Source: Sedimentisphaerales bacterium
GTDB lineage: Bacteria; Planctomycetota; Phycisphaerae; Sedimentisphaerales; Anaerobacaceae
DNA length: 64,000 nt
Reading direction: 5' to 3'
NCBI GenBank assembly: GCA_963708075.1
Contig: OY970194.1
Span: forward strand, 4,800,001 to 4,864,000
The position numbers and the translations under genes are program-made. This document shows positions 9,621-19,223 of this stretch, piece by piece (position 1 is the first letter of the stretch; each line of letters begins with the position of its first letter). The notes beneath the pieces are model-generated. The model did not search any database. It worked only from the letters and a program-made list of their open reading frames with translations, and had not been told where the DNA came from.

Positions 9621-11507
9621 TCATTGGGGCTCGGATTTCAGGCCTTCGAGCTTACCGCCGTCGGGGCTTCGGAAGCGCACGCACAGGGACCACTGGCCGC
9701 CGCCCTGCGTCAGCTTCACCAGCAGTGGATTCCAGCCTTCTTTCAGTGTCACCGGTGCCTTATCTTGTCCGCATTCAGCCGGCCGGATCACGTTATTGGC
9801 GTGCACGATCTGGCCGTTGAGCCAGACCTTGACGCCGTCGTCGCTGCCGAGCTCGAGCTGCGCCTTCTGCTCCTTCGGCGACCAGACCCGCGCCCGCAGA
9901 TAGGCGATGCGGTTCTCGCCATTTATGGCCGCGTCCTTTTCCAGCTCGATGAGCCAGGGCTGCCCTTCGTTGGTGCCGGCGGAGACGAGCCGCCACGTGG
10001 CCTGCTGGCCCTCCTGCTCGGGAGCAAACGAAACGTCGAAGAGCCCCTGCGCATCCACATTTTCCTTCATGTACGGGCCGCTCACCTGCCAGGCGACGAC
10101 GTAGTCCTCGAAGCGATCAGCCTGCTTGATCATCTGCTGTGCCTGTTCGCGGAGAGCATCGTTCTTCGTGCCCTGGATCACTTTCTGGAGCACTTCCTTC
10201 GTGCGCTGCGGATCGCTTCCGGCAGTCGCCTTGGCGATCTGGACGGCAGCCGATTCCGCCTCCAGGTGCAGCGTCACGTCATCGAGATATTGAGCGGCCA
10301 TGTTCAAGGCCGCGATGGACGTGGCCGCGGCCAAGCCGGAGAGCACCCGCTTCTTCTCCGCCGCGTCACCCGCCAACTCCATCGCCTGCTTATACAGGTC
10401 GATCGTCTCTTCAGCGGACCGGCTGCTGTCGAGAGCGAGCAACCGCACGAAGCCGCGAAGGGCGAGAACCTTGTGCACTTTGTTTTCAGTGGTCTGCGCG
10501 ACCTTGACCAGATCGGCCACAGGCTCCGGCGTCGGCCAGTCGGAAAGGGCCCGTATCGCCGCGTCCTGGATCTCCGGCTCGCGGTTTGTCAGAGCAGCAC
10601 GCAAAGTCGGCAGCGAGCTGCTGTCGCCGATGCGCCCGAGCGTGCCAAGCAGCGACGCCCGGCCGGCGGTTTCCTTCACATTCGGAAGCACCGCCAGGAC
10701 CGCCGTCGCCTGCCGGTTCTTGTCCTCGATCTTGTGCGCGACAGCCGCGACCATCTTCTCCGCCTCGCTGCGGTCGGCATCGCTCTTGGCCTCCAGCAGC
10801 AGATTCACCAAGGCCGGCAAGTCGTCCGGCTTGGCGATAATCCGCAACACCTTGAACGATTCCAGCCGGACCTTGCGGTCCTCGTCCGCCGCAGTCGCCA
10901 GCAGCGTCTTGACAGCATCGCCGATGTTGCGCTCGCCGATAGCGCCGATCAACTCCACCTTCACACTGGCCGGGGCCGATGGCAGGACCTGCAGGATTGC
11001 CGCATCGACCTCGGCGCCGCGAAGCCGGTAGAGGCTCTCGCGAGCCGCCTTCTGCTCAGCGCCTCTGCCCGCTGCCGCACGCTCCGCCAGCAGCGGAACG
11101 CTCGCGGCGCTGCCCAACTGGCCAACGGCCTTCAGGGCCGCCACGCGGACGGATTCGTCGGGCGACTTTACCGCCTCGACCACCACCGGCAGAGCCAGCG
11201 CATCGCCACGATCAGCAAGGGCCGAGAGCAGTTGCACCTGGGCGGCCGGAGGCAGCTTGGGCAACACCTGCACCAGGGCCTTGGTGACCTCCGGGCCGGG
11301 GATCTCGCGAACGATGGTGATCGCCCCGGTCTGCATCTCGGGATCGTCGCTCTTGAGCGCATCGATCACTTGGTTGATGATTTCCTGGTTGGCCTCGTCC
11401 CCCGCGACGGCCACGGCAGCCACGCCGGGCACAACCACGGCAAACGCCATTACCAACAGCACACAGTACTTCTTCGATTGCCGAGCCATGTTCAGAATCC
11501 TACTCAT
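9621..11507 (-). CDS. Exported HEAT/PBS-repeat protein with C-terminal GSDDG beta-sandwich (PA14-like) domain
   Basis: Hydrophobic N-terminus; repeated VRVAALKAVGQLG / IQDAAIRALSDW helices; LGSDDGVKVWLNG. Confidence 0.8.
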   Translation of the reverse strand: MSRILNMARQSKKYCVLLVMAFAVVVPGVAAVAVAGDEANQEIINQVIDALKSDDPEMQTGAITIVREIPGPEVTKALVQVLPKLPPAAQVQLLSALADRGDALALPVVVEAVKSPDESVRVAALKAVGQLGSAASVPLLAERAAAGRGAEQKAARESLYRLRGAEVDAAILQVLPSAPASVKVELIGAIGERNIGDAVKTLLATAADEDRKVRLESFKVLRIIAKPDDLPALVNLLLEAKSDADRSEAEKMVAAVAHKIEDKNRQATAVLAVLPNVKETAGRASLLGTLGRIGDSSSLPTLRAALTNREPEIQDAAIRALSDWPTPEPVADLVKVAQTTENKVHKVLALRGFVRLLALDSSRSAEETIDLYKQAMELAGDAAEKKRVLSGLAAATSIAALNMAAQYLDDVTLHLEAESAAVQIAKATAGSDPQRTKEVLQKVIQGTKNDALREQAQQMIKQADRFEDYVVAWQVSGPYMKENVDAQGLFDVSFAPEQEGQQATWRLVSAGTNEGQPWLIELEKDAAINGENRIAYLRARVWSPKEQKAQLELGSDDGVKVWLNGQIVHANNVIRPAECGQDKAPVTLKEGWNPLLVKLTQGGGQWSLCVRFRSPDGGKLEGLKSEPQ

Positions 11508-11634
11508 GTGCGTTCTACCTGTACGGCGCCGGGTGCCATGCTTACGCTCGCGTAAGCATGCTGCCCATGAGCATGTCTACGCAAGCGCAGACATGGCACC
11601 CGTGATGCGACCTGTGTCCTTTGTTCTTCCGTGA

Positions 11635-13272
11635 CTACTTCTTGCCGGCGGCGCCGACCATGCCCTTCAAGGCAGCCGTGCGGACCAGCTGAGGCACGCC
11701 CTGCTTGTTCAGGCTCAGGTAGATCTTCTGCGCCTCAGCCTTATTACCCGCGGCGACCATCTTCTCGGCGATCTTCAGGTACGCATCGTACACGGGCATC
11801 TTCTGGTTGTCGGGAGCACTCGCCAGAGCCTTATCCAGCGCCTTGAGGGCGTCCGGTCCACCGATCTTGCCCAGCGCGCTGACGGCAGCGCCGGCCAGCA
11901 CCTTGTCCGAGTTGTCCACGAGCTTGGCGATCTCGGCGGCAGCAGGCTTGTAGCCGCGCTCGCCCAGGCTGTTGACGATCCCGACCTTGGCCTTGCCCTC
12001 AGCCTTGGAAAGGGTGGCAAGCAGCGCCTTGTCCACCGCCTCGCCCGGAATGCGCTCCAGAGCGTAACGGGCCATGTCCGAGTATTCCTGGTTGGTCAGC
12101 ACGGGCGCCAGCACAGGCACCGACTGCTCCGTGCCGATGATGCTCAGCTCGCGGCAGGCATACTGCTTGCCGGCGTACTTGGCATCCGACTTGACGACGT
12201 CCAGCAGTTGCCCCTCGAACTTCTTCAGTTCCTCGGGCTTGCCGTAAGCCTTGCGGATCTCATCGCTGATCTCGGTCAAAGGCTGTCGGCTGTCGCCGAA
12301 ATCGTAAGCCTTGAGTTTGTCCCAATTGCCCCCTGCCGTCTGTGGTTGCGCCATATTCTGCTCCTTTGCTGATCCTTTTGGTTTCGTCGGCACCGGAAAA
12401 TCGCCCATGGCAAACTGAATGCCACGCAGATAGTGCTCGAGAATGGGTGTGTTCATGAAGATTTCATCATTATGGCCCAGCGAGCAATAGAACAGCCGGC
12501 CCTTGCCCCAGTCCTTGATCCAGGTGATGCCCGTGTCTTTGTCGCTCTCGATGACGCCCTTCATGTCGCGGGTCGCCGGGTCGCTCATGTCCAGACTCAT
12601 CAGGACAAACTGCTTGTCGCGAGAGTAGAGCGGCGGGGCTGTGCGGTAGATCTCGTCCTTGACCTTGAACCCTTGGCCCTTGAACGGCGCAGTCAACGGA
12701 TGATCGGGCTCGTCGATCTTGATCGCCACCGTGCTGCCGGCGCCCCAGGGATGGGCGGTGAACTTGTTGCCCATCATCTCCTGGGCCTCGGGGAACTGGT
12801 AAAAGTTGTCGGCGGCGGCGTGAATACCGACGATGCCTTTGCCGCTCTTGATGAAGTCCATCAGGGCCGCACAGCGCTCCGGCGTCTCCTTCGGATCGAA
12901 CTTCAGGCTCGTCGTGTTGTTCAGGCAGATCACGTCGAACTGCTTGAGCGTATCAGCCGTGAAGACAGCGTAATCGTCTGTGACCGCCGTCACTTGGAAC
13001 GCTCCGGTCTTCTCGCCCATGATCTTCAGGGCCTCGTTCGCCACAGGGATCACGGTATGGAAGAACGTCTCACATCGCCAGAACACGAGCATCTTGCGAG
13101 GCTGCGCCGGCTTTGCCACGGCCTTGTCCGGCATGGCTGCCTTGATTTTGTTGATCTCGTCTTCCGTTACCTTGCGCAGCTCTTTCGGCGACTCCGCCCA
13201 CAACGGCATAGCCACCAGCGACAGACAAAAGCCCGCAAGTAGCACCGCGGCCATCATTCTCGACCTGATCAT
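11635..13272 (-). CDS. ThuA-like (trehalose utilisation) domain fused to C-terminal HEAT repeats; signal peptide
   Basis: Start MIRSR after AAAGGAG; GIVGIHAA, DEIY, GKGRLFYCSLGH; HEAT repeats after ~aa 300. Confidence 0.82.
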   Translation of the reverse strand: MIRSRMMAAVLLAGFCLSLVAMPLWAESPKELRKVTEDEINKIKAAMPDKAVAKPAQPRKMLVFWRCETFFHTVIPVANEALKIMGEKTGAFQVTAVTDDYAVFTADTLKQFDVICLNNTTSLKFDPKETPERCAALMDFIKSGKGIVGIHAAADNFYQFPEAQEMMGNKFTAHPWGAGSTVAIKIDEPDHPLTAPFKGQGFKVKDEIYRTAPPLYSRDKQFVLMSLDMSDPATRDMKGVIESDKDTGITWIKDWGKGRLFYCSLGHNDEIFMNTPILEHYLRGIQFAMGDFPVPTKPKGSAKEQNMAQPQTAGGNWDKLKAYDFGDSRQPLTEISDEIRKAYGKPEELKKFEGQLLDVVKSDAKYAGKQYACRELSIIGTEQSVPVLAPVLTNQEYSDMARYALERIPGEAVDKALLATLSKAEGKAKVGIVNSLGERGYKPAAAEIAKLVDNSDKVLAGAAVSALGKIGGPDALKALDKALASAPDNQKMPVYDAYLKIAEKMVAAGNKAEAQKIYLSLNKQGVPQLVRTAALKGMVGAAGKK

Positions 13273-13298
13273 GTTAGCTCCTTTCTCCTGATTCAAAA

Positions 13299-13391
13299 CA
13301 AGTTTGAAGTTTGATGTTTGATGTTTGAAGTCGGAACGACCGAGTCCTTGCACTTCACACTTCAAACTTCCCACTTCACACCTCAAACTTC
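13299..13391. repeat. Inverted 7-mer arrays (TTTGAAG/GTGTGAAG vs CTTCAAA/CTTCACA); also ~45509-45597, 47247-47297, 63409-63470
   Basis: Direct reading. Confidence 0.7.
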
Positions 13392-14693
13392 CTACAGATG
13401 CCACGGGGCCCGCATCGGCCTGGACAGCAGGCGGTTGGCCTCGGGATCGTTCACGAATTCTTCCTTCACAGGGTCCCAGCGGACCTTGCGCTCCAGCAGC
13501 ATGGCGATCTCGCCGAGCAGGCCGACGCTGATCGAGCGGCACGCCACCTCGATGGGCGTGATCGTCTTCTTGCGAGACTTCACGCAATCGAGGAAGTTCT
13601 GATGGTGGTCGCGGCTCTCATACAGCCGGTTCTCGTTCGGACCGATGGTCTCGTTCCACAAGCTCGCCGGCTCGGTGGTCTGGCGGCCGCGATCGACGTG
13701 GACCCAGCCCTTTTCGCCATACCAGACTGTCCCCATGCCCTTGGGCACCTGCTTATCGTTGGCGACGACCATCTCCAGCCCGTCGGCGTACTTGCAGGTG
13801 AATTTGTACTCGGTCGGGACGTTGAAGATACCGTCCTTCGGATAAACCCCTTTGCCCTCGATCTCGACCGGGCCGGTGTCGTCGAACCCCAGGCCCCAGT
13901 GGGCGATGTCGATGTGGTGGCCCGCCCAGTCGGTCAATTGGCCGCCGGAGTAGTCCATGATCCAGCGCCAATCCCAGTGATAGACGCCTCGGAATGGAAC
14001 CCACGGCGCCGGCCCCAGCCAGAAATCCCAGTCCAGATTCGCCGGCACCGGCACCACGGGCTTATTGTCGCTGCCGCCGCCGGTGGGCAGACCCACCTCG
14101 ACACGAGTGACCTTCCCGATCCGCCCGTTGCGGACCAGCTCGGCGCCGTGACGGAAATTCTCGACGGAGCGCTGCCAGCTCCCGGTCTGCCAGATCCGGC
14201 CGTAGCGGTTCACGGTGTCGCGCATCACCTTGGCCTCATGAATCGTGCGGGCCAGGGGTTTCTCGCCGTACATGTCCTTGCCCGCCTGGGCCGCCATCAC
14301 CACGGGAATCGAGTGCCAGTGGTCCGGCGTCGCCAGCGATATCGCGTCGATATCGGCCCGGGCGATGAGCTCGCGGAAATCGCGATAGATCACACAATCC
14401 GCGTTGCCGTACTTCTTGTCCACGATGCCCTTGGCGCGGTCGGCGTTGCGTTTGTCCACGTCGGAGATGGCCACGACCCGGACTTGATCGCCCTTGCCGA
14501 GGAAGCCCTGCATGTTGCCCGTGCCCTGGCCTCCGACGCCGATGCAGCCGATCGTGATTCGCTCACTGGCCGCGACACCCCCGTTCGCTCCGAGCGCCGA
14601 GGAGCTGATGATGTACGGGAAGCCCGCGATACCCGCGGACACGCCCGCGACATTCCCCAGGAATCGGCGGCGCGACATGGTTCTATCTGTCAT
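13392..14693 (-). CDS. Gfo/Idh/MocA oxidoreductase, Tat leader (QTGS clade)
   Basis: [37 protein letters not shown]. Confidence 0.93.
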   Translation of the reverse strand: MTDRTMSRRRFLGNVAGVSAGIAGFPYIISSSALGANGGVAASERITIGCIGVGGQGTGNMQGFLGKGDQVRVVAISDVDKRNADRAKGIVDKKYGNADCVIYRDFRELIARADIDAISLATPDHWHSIPVVMAAQAGKDMYGEKPLARTIHEAKVMRDTVNRYGRIWQTGSWQRSVENFRHGAELVRNGRIGKVTRVEVGLPTGGGSDNKPVVPVPANLDWDFWLGPAPWVPFRGVYHWDWRWIMDYSGGQLTDWAGHHIDIAHWGLGFDDTGPVEIEGKGVYPKDGIFNVPTEYKFTCKYADGLEMVVANDKQVPKGMGTVWYGEKGWVHVDRGRQTTEPASLWNETIGPNENRLYESRDHHQNFLDCVKSRKKTITPIEVACRSISVGLLGEIAMLLERKVRWDPVKEEFVNDPEANRLLSRPMRAPWHL

Positions 14694-14829
14694 TTGCCGT
14701 TCTCCTCATTCAAGATGAACTGGCCACAGAGGACACAGAGATCACAGAGGCATTCTTGATTCACTATCAGATGTCCTGTTGTCATTCTCTGTATCCTCTG
14801 TGCCCTCTGTGGCAAGAAAGAAATCGTAC

Positions 14830-16116
14830 TTACATGTGCCAGGGGCTGCGCATCGTGCGTGAGAGCAGGCGGTTGGCCTCCTCGTCACCGACGAATACCT
14901 CCCGCTTCGGGTCCCACTTGAGCGGCCGTTGCAGCTTATAGGCGATGTTACCCAGGTGGCACACCGTCACCGAGCTGGCGCCGATCTCAATGTCGCAGAT
15001 CGGCTTGCTGCGCTTGCGGATGGCGTCGAGCCAGTCGGTGTAGTGGTTCTTGCTGTCGTAGAGATGCGTCTGATCAGGCCCTATGACCTGATCTTTCAGG
15101 GTGTCCGGCCAGGTTTTGAGGTGGCCGCGATTGACCTCGACCTTGCCCTTGGTGCCCGCAAACAGGATGCCGTTGGCCTCGTCCCGCGTCATGGGGATTC
15201 CATTGGCGTACTTGTAGGTGAGCACCTTGTAGTCCTTGCCGTCGGGCGGAATGATCTCGACCGGCCCGGTGCCATCCATTCCGAGGCCCCACTGGGCGAT
15301 ATCGAAGTGATGGGCGCCCCAGTCGGTCATGCCGCCGCCGCCATAGTAGCTGTGATACCGCCAGTTCGGAAAGCCATCGAAACTGATGTGCGGCGCCAGG
15401 TCGTTATTGTAGGGTCGCCACATGGCCGGGCCGACCCACATGTCCCAATCGAGATAATCCGGCACGGGCTCCGCAGGCAGCCGCTTATCCTCCGGCGGCC
15501 CGCCCACGCCAACCGTGACGTGCTGGATGTCACCGATGTAGCCATTTCGCACCAGCTCGCAGGCGAAGCGGAACTCCCGCGACGATCTCTGCATACTGCC
15601 CGTCTGAAAGACGCGGTTGTACCGGCGGACCGCGTTGACCATCGCCCGGGCCTCCTGGATCGTCTGCGTCAGCGGCTTCTCGCAATAGATGTCCTTGCCC
15701 GCCTTGCACGCTTCAATAGTCGTCACGGCGTGCCAGTGGTCCGGCGTGGAGATCACCACCGCATCGATATCGTTTCGGGCCAGCAGATCGCGGAAATCAC
15801 CATAAGTCGCACAGCCTTTATAGGACCCGTCATTCTTGTCCGCGTAGTGCTTTTCGACGATGCCCTTGCTGCTGCGTTCGAGCTTGAGCTTATCCACATC
15901 GCACGCCGCCACGACCTGCGTGCCGGGCGAATTCAAGAAGGCTCGCATCAGGTGCTGGCTCTGCTTGCCGCAGGCGATGAACCCAAGGACAATGCGGTTG
16001 CTCGGCGCCTCGGCCCCAAGGACCGATGACGGCACGACATAGGGGAAAGCCGCCACCGCGGCCGTGCCCGCCGCCGCACGCAGAAAGTCACGTCGATTCA
16101 TATTCTTTCGCGCCAT
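14830..16116 (-). CDS. Gfo/Idh/MocA oxidoreductase, Tat leader (QTGS clade)
   Basis: NRRDFL, TPDHWH, CEKP, QTGSMQRS, TDWGAHH; atypical IACGKQS nucleotide-binding loop. Confidence 0.92.
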   Translation of the reverse strand: MARKNMNRRDFLRAAAGTAAVAAFPYVVPSSVLGAEAPSNRIVLGFIACGKQSQHLMRAFLNSPGTQVVAACDVDKLKLERSSKGIVEKHYADKNDGSYKGCATYGDFRDLLARNDIDAVVISTPDHWHAVTTIEACKAGKDIYCEKPLTQTIQEARAMVNAVRRYNRVFQTGSMQRSSREFRFACELVRNGYIGDIQHVTVGVGGPPEDKRLPAEPVPDYLDWDMWVGPAMWRPYNNDLAPHISFDGFPNWRYHSYYGGGGMTDWGAHHFDIAQWGLGMDGTGPVEIIPPDGKDYKVLTYKYANGIPMTRDEANGILFAGTKGKVEVNRGHLKTWPDTLKDQVIGPDQTHLYDSKNHYTDWLDAIRKRSKPICDIEIGASSVTVCHLGNIAYKLQRPLKWDPKREVFVGDEEANRLLSRTMRSPWHM

Positions 16117-16162
16117 TCAACTACCCTCTCGTATCAAGATCAGAGCTGGCGGAGGCATCAAC

Positions 16163-16251
16163 GGGTGGCAGCGTCAAGCGCAGCTTGGCGATGGCTTGGT
16201 CCGGATATGACAGAACCATCGCCAAGGCCTTCGGCCTTGACGCTGCCACCC
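16163..16251. repeat. REP-like family B (GGGTGGCAGCGTCAAG...CTTGACGCTGCCACCC); copies at 43372-43460, half copy 47390-47425, variant 35685-35777
   Basis: Near-identical 89-bp inverted-repeat elements. Confidence 0.85.
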
Positions 16252-16304
16252 AGATCAGTCGTTGTGTCTCCATATCGCGCCTCACTCAATTATCCTCTCA
16301 GGAT

Positions 16305-17699
16305 TTACAGGTGCCAGGGACTTCGCAGCGGCCGGCCGAGCATCGCTGTCGCGGTCGGATCGCCGATAATCTCCTCGGTTTCAGGGTTGAAACGAATCTT
16401 TCGGCCCAGCCACATGGCGATCCGCCCGAGATGGCCCGGTGTCGCGGAACGATGGGCCGCCTCGCAGGGCGTGATCGTTTCCTTGCGGCTCTTGATGCAA
16501 TCCAGGAAGTTGCGCCAGTGGCCCGGCGACTCATACAGGCGCACATCGTTCGGGCCGAACTTCTCGTTAAGCAGTTCCTTCGGCTCAGCCTCGACCTTGT
16601 TGCCGCGATTGACCCAGACCCAGCCTCTATCGCCGATCCACTTGGTGCCGCCGCGGATGTCCCTGTGCCCGCCCGCGATGATCATCGTGACGCCATCGCG
16701 GTACTTGGCCGTCAGGCGGTACCGGGTCGGGCTGTCATAGAGCCCGTCTTTCGGATATTCGCCTGTGCCTTCGATCTCCAGCGGACCGGTGTTATCGAAT
16801 CCCAGGCCCCAGTGGGCGATATCCACGTGGTGGCCGATCCAGTCCATGAGCTGACCGCCGCCATAGTCGAGGACCCATCGCCAGTTCTTCGGCAGCAGTG
16901 CGGGACGGTACGGCGTATACGGGGCCGGGCCGATCCACATGTCGTAGTCGAGCCCCTGCGGCGGGGCCACGATCTGCTCCTGACCTGCTGTCTTGGCGAA
17001 ATCCGAGTGTCCCGAAGGCAGTCCGACTTCGACCGTGTGCACCTTGCCGATCCGGCCGTTGCGGACCAATTCGCAGGCGAAGCGGAAGTGCGATTCGGAG
17101 CGCTGCCAACTGCCAGTCTGCCAGATCCGGCCATACCTCTTGACCGCCTCGCACATCGCCCGACCCTCCCGCAGGTCGTGCGAGAGCGGCTTTTCGCCGA
17201 AGATATCCTTGCCCGAGCGGGCCGCCTCAATCGCCGGGATCGCGTGCCAGTGATCGGGCAGACCCAGCGACACCGCGTCAATATCGCTGCGGGCGAGCAG
17301 CTCGCGATAGTCATTATAGGCGGCACAGTCCTGGTTGCCGTACCGCTTGTTGACAGCGTTTACGGCACCCTGGAGGGTGTTCTTGTCCACGTCGCAGATG
17401 GCGACGATCCGGCAGTCCTTTTCCCCGAGGAACTGACGCATATTGGAGCCGCCCTGCCACCCGACGCCGATGCAGCCCATGGTGATCCGCTCGCTGGGAG
17501 CGACGGCACCGGCATTGCCAAGGGCCGAAGAGCTGATGATGCATGGAAACGCCACCACCCCCACTGCGGTTCCGGCCGCGGCGCCGAGGAATTGCCGCCG
17601 GCTCACGTCGTGCTTCGTCACCATGCCCGCCGCCCTGCTAATCAACTGGTGAGGCCTGGACGTTTGCGCACGCCCAGGCCTCACGCTTGTTGTTGTCAT
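16305..17699 (-). CDS. Gfo/Idh/MocA oxidoreductase, Tat leader (QTGS clade; start may be 17624)
   Basis: [36 protein letters not shown]. Confidence 0.92.
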   Translation of the reverse strand: MTTTSVRPGRAQTSRPHQLISRAAGMVTKHDVSRRQFLGAAAGTAVGVVAFPCIISSSALGNAGAVAPSERITMGCIGVGWQGGSNMRQFLGEKDCRIVAICDVDKNTLQGAVNAVNKRYGNQDCAAYNDYRELLARSDIDAVSLGLPDHWHAIPAIEAARSGKDIFGEKPLSHDLREGRAMCEAVKRYGRIWQTGSWQRSESHFRFACELVRNGRIGKVHTVEVGLPSGHSDFAKTAGQEQIVAPPQGLDYDMWIGPAPYTPYRPALLPKNWRWVLDYGGGQLMDWIGHHVDIAHWGLGFDNTGPLEIEGTGEYPKDGLYDSPTRYRLTAKYRDGVTMIIAGGHRDIRGGTKWIGDRGWVWVNRGNKVEAEPKELLNEKFGPNDVRLYESPGHWRNFLDCIKSRKETITPCEAAHRSATPGHLGRIAMWLGRKIRFNPETEEIIGDPTATAMLGRPLRSPWHL

Positions 17700-18697
17700 T
17701 TCTTCTCAAACGCCGAATCGAACGCGACTCGAGACGGCTTGAAGTCGGCCTGCTTGATGGCCTGGACAGCCTCGGCCGCCCCGTGCTCGCGATCCATCCG
17801 GCCGTCTTCCCACTCGATCGACAGCGGGCCCTGGTAGCCGATGTCGTTCAGGGCCACAATGATCTCCTCGAAGTTGATGTCCCCGTGTCCGATGGAGCGG
17901 AAATCCCAGTACCGGCGGGGATCGGTGAACTCCGTGTGACCGCCGAAAACGCCCACGGTGCCGTCCCCGTGAGCCCACCACACGTCCTTCATGTGGCAAT
18001 GGAAGATCCGGTCCGGGAACGTGCGGATGAACTTCACGTAATCGACGCCCTGGTAGCCGAGATGGCTCGGGTCGTAGTTGAAACCAAAGGACTTATGCTT
18101 CTTGACGGCGTCGACGGCCCGCTGCGCCGAGGCGATGTCGAACGCGATCTCCGTCGGATGGACTTCCAGGGCGAACTTGATGCCTTCGGCCTTGAACGCG
18201 TCCAGGATGGGGATGAACCGCTTGGCGAAGTCATCGTACCCGGCCTGGATCATCTCTTTCGAGGCCGGCGGGAACGAGTACAGCATGTGCCAGATGGAGC
18301 TGCCGGTGAACCCGTTGACGACCTTGACACCGAGCTTTTTGGCCGCCTTGGCCGCATCGATCATGTTCTGGGCCGCCCGCTGGCGGACGCCCTCCGGCTT
18401 GCCGTCGCCCCAGATCGCCGGCGGAATGATCGCCTTGTGACGGCCGTCGATATTGTCACAAATGCACTGGCCGACCAGGTGGTTCGAGATGGCGAACACC
18501 TTCAGCTCGTACTTGTCGAGCATCGCCCGCTTCGCCTTGCAGTAGTTGTCGTCCTTCAGGGCCTTGTCCACCTCGAAGTGGTCGCCCCAGCAGGCCAGCT
18601 CCAGCCCGTCGTAGCCCCAGCTCTTGGCCTTCTGCGCCAGCGTTTCCAGCGGCAGGTCCGCCCATTGTCCCGTGAAGAGTGTTACAGGTCTAGCCAT
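17696..18697 (-). CDS. Sugar phosphate isomerase/epimerase (AP-endonuclease-2 TIM barrel) family protein
   Basis: [36 protein letters not shown]. Confidence 0.88.
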   Translation of the reverse strand: MARPVTLFTGQWADLPLETLAQKAKSWGYDGLELACWGDHFEVDKALKDDNYCKAKRAMLDKYELKVFAISNHLVGQCICDNIDGRHKAIIPPAIWGDGKPEGVRQRAAQNMIDAAKAAKKLGVKVVNGFTGSSIWHMLYSFPPASKEMIQAGYDDFAKRFIPILDAFKAEGIKFALEVHPTEIAFDIASAQRAVDAVKKHKSFGFNYDPSHLGYQGVDYVKFIRTFPDRIFHCHMKDVWWAHGDGTVGVFGGHTEFTDPRRYWDFRSIGHGDINFEEIIVALNDIGYQGPLSIEWEDGRMDREHGAAEAVQAIKQADFKPSRVAFDSAFEKK

Positions 18698-18903
18698 CTC
18701 GAAACCTCCTTATCCAAAGGACTCGTAGGGTGTGCACGGCACACCAATCCTGCAAAGCGCCTTTCTCACTAAAAGAACGCTTACAATCCTCCCTTTATTG
18801 CGGCTCACCTCCCCGGCGGGTCGCCCTGGCACGCGCGTGTCCTTTGCCCGGATTTTCGTCCGAGCCGGAGACACCTACCCTCGCGACATACCAAGAGTTC
18901 CCC

Positions 18904-18931
18904 ATTATACAAGCCCCGACGGGGCAAGCAA
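18904..18931 (-). promoter_or_regulatory. Putative sigma70 promoter of the sugar-oxidation operon, with palindromic spacer
   Basis: Minus strand TTGCTT-16 bp-TATAAT; the spacer contains GCCCCG-A-CGGGGC. Confidence 0.5.
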
Positions 18932-19223
18932 CGATTTCCAAGTCAAAATCCCCGTACGACAGGGGACATCCTCCAGGCGTCGGGACCGTCCCGGCAGACC
19001 GGTACCGGCCCCACCCAATGGATTGCGCCAAACCTTCTGCTGTTACGCCGAGGAATTCATTTTCCACCGGATGGCGTAGCACCGCCGCTCGGCTTCAACG
19101 TAACATTGATGGATGCGCCAAGTCCTGCCTGGCGTGACAGCCAGAGCATGCGCGAGGCTCCCATGATCGGGCGTGCCTGACAATCTACTTGGATTCACAT
19201 GCTTTTTCGAAAAGGAGACAGCG

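Noticed and set aside
6..17837. Long plus-strand ORFs (e.g. 6-1820, 3285-4955, 7933-9903, 9528-11555, 16026-17837)
   Set aside because: Antisense shadows of high-GC genes; no motifs, and they overlap well-supported minus-strand CDSs
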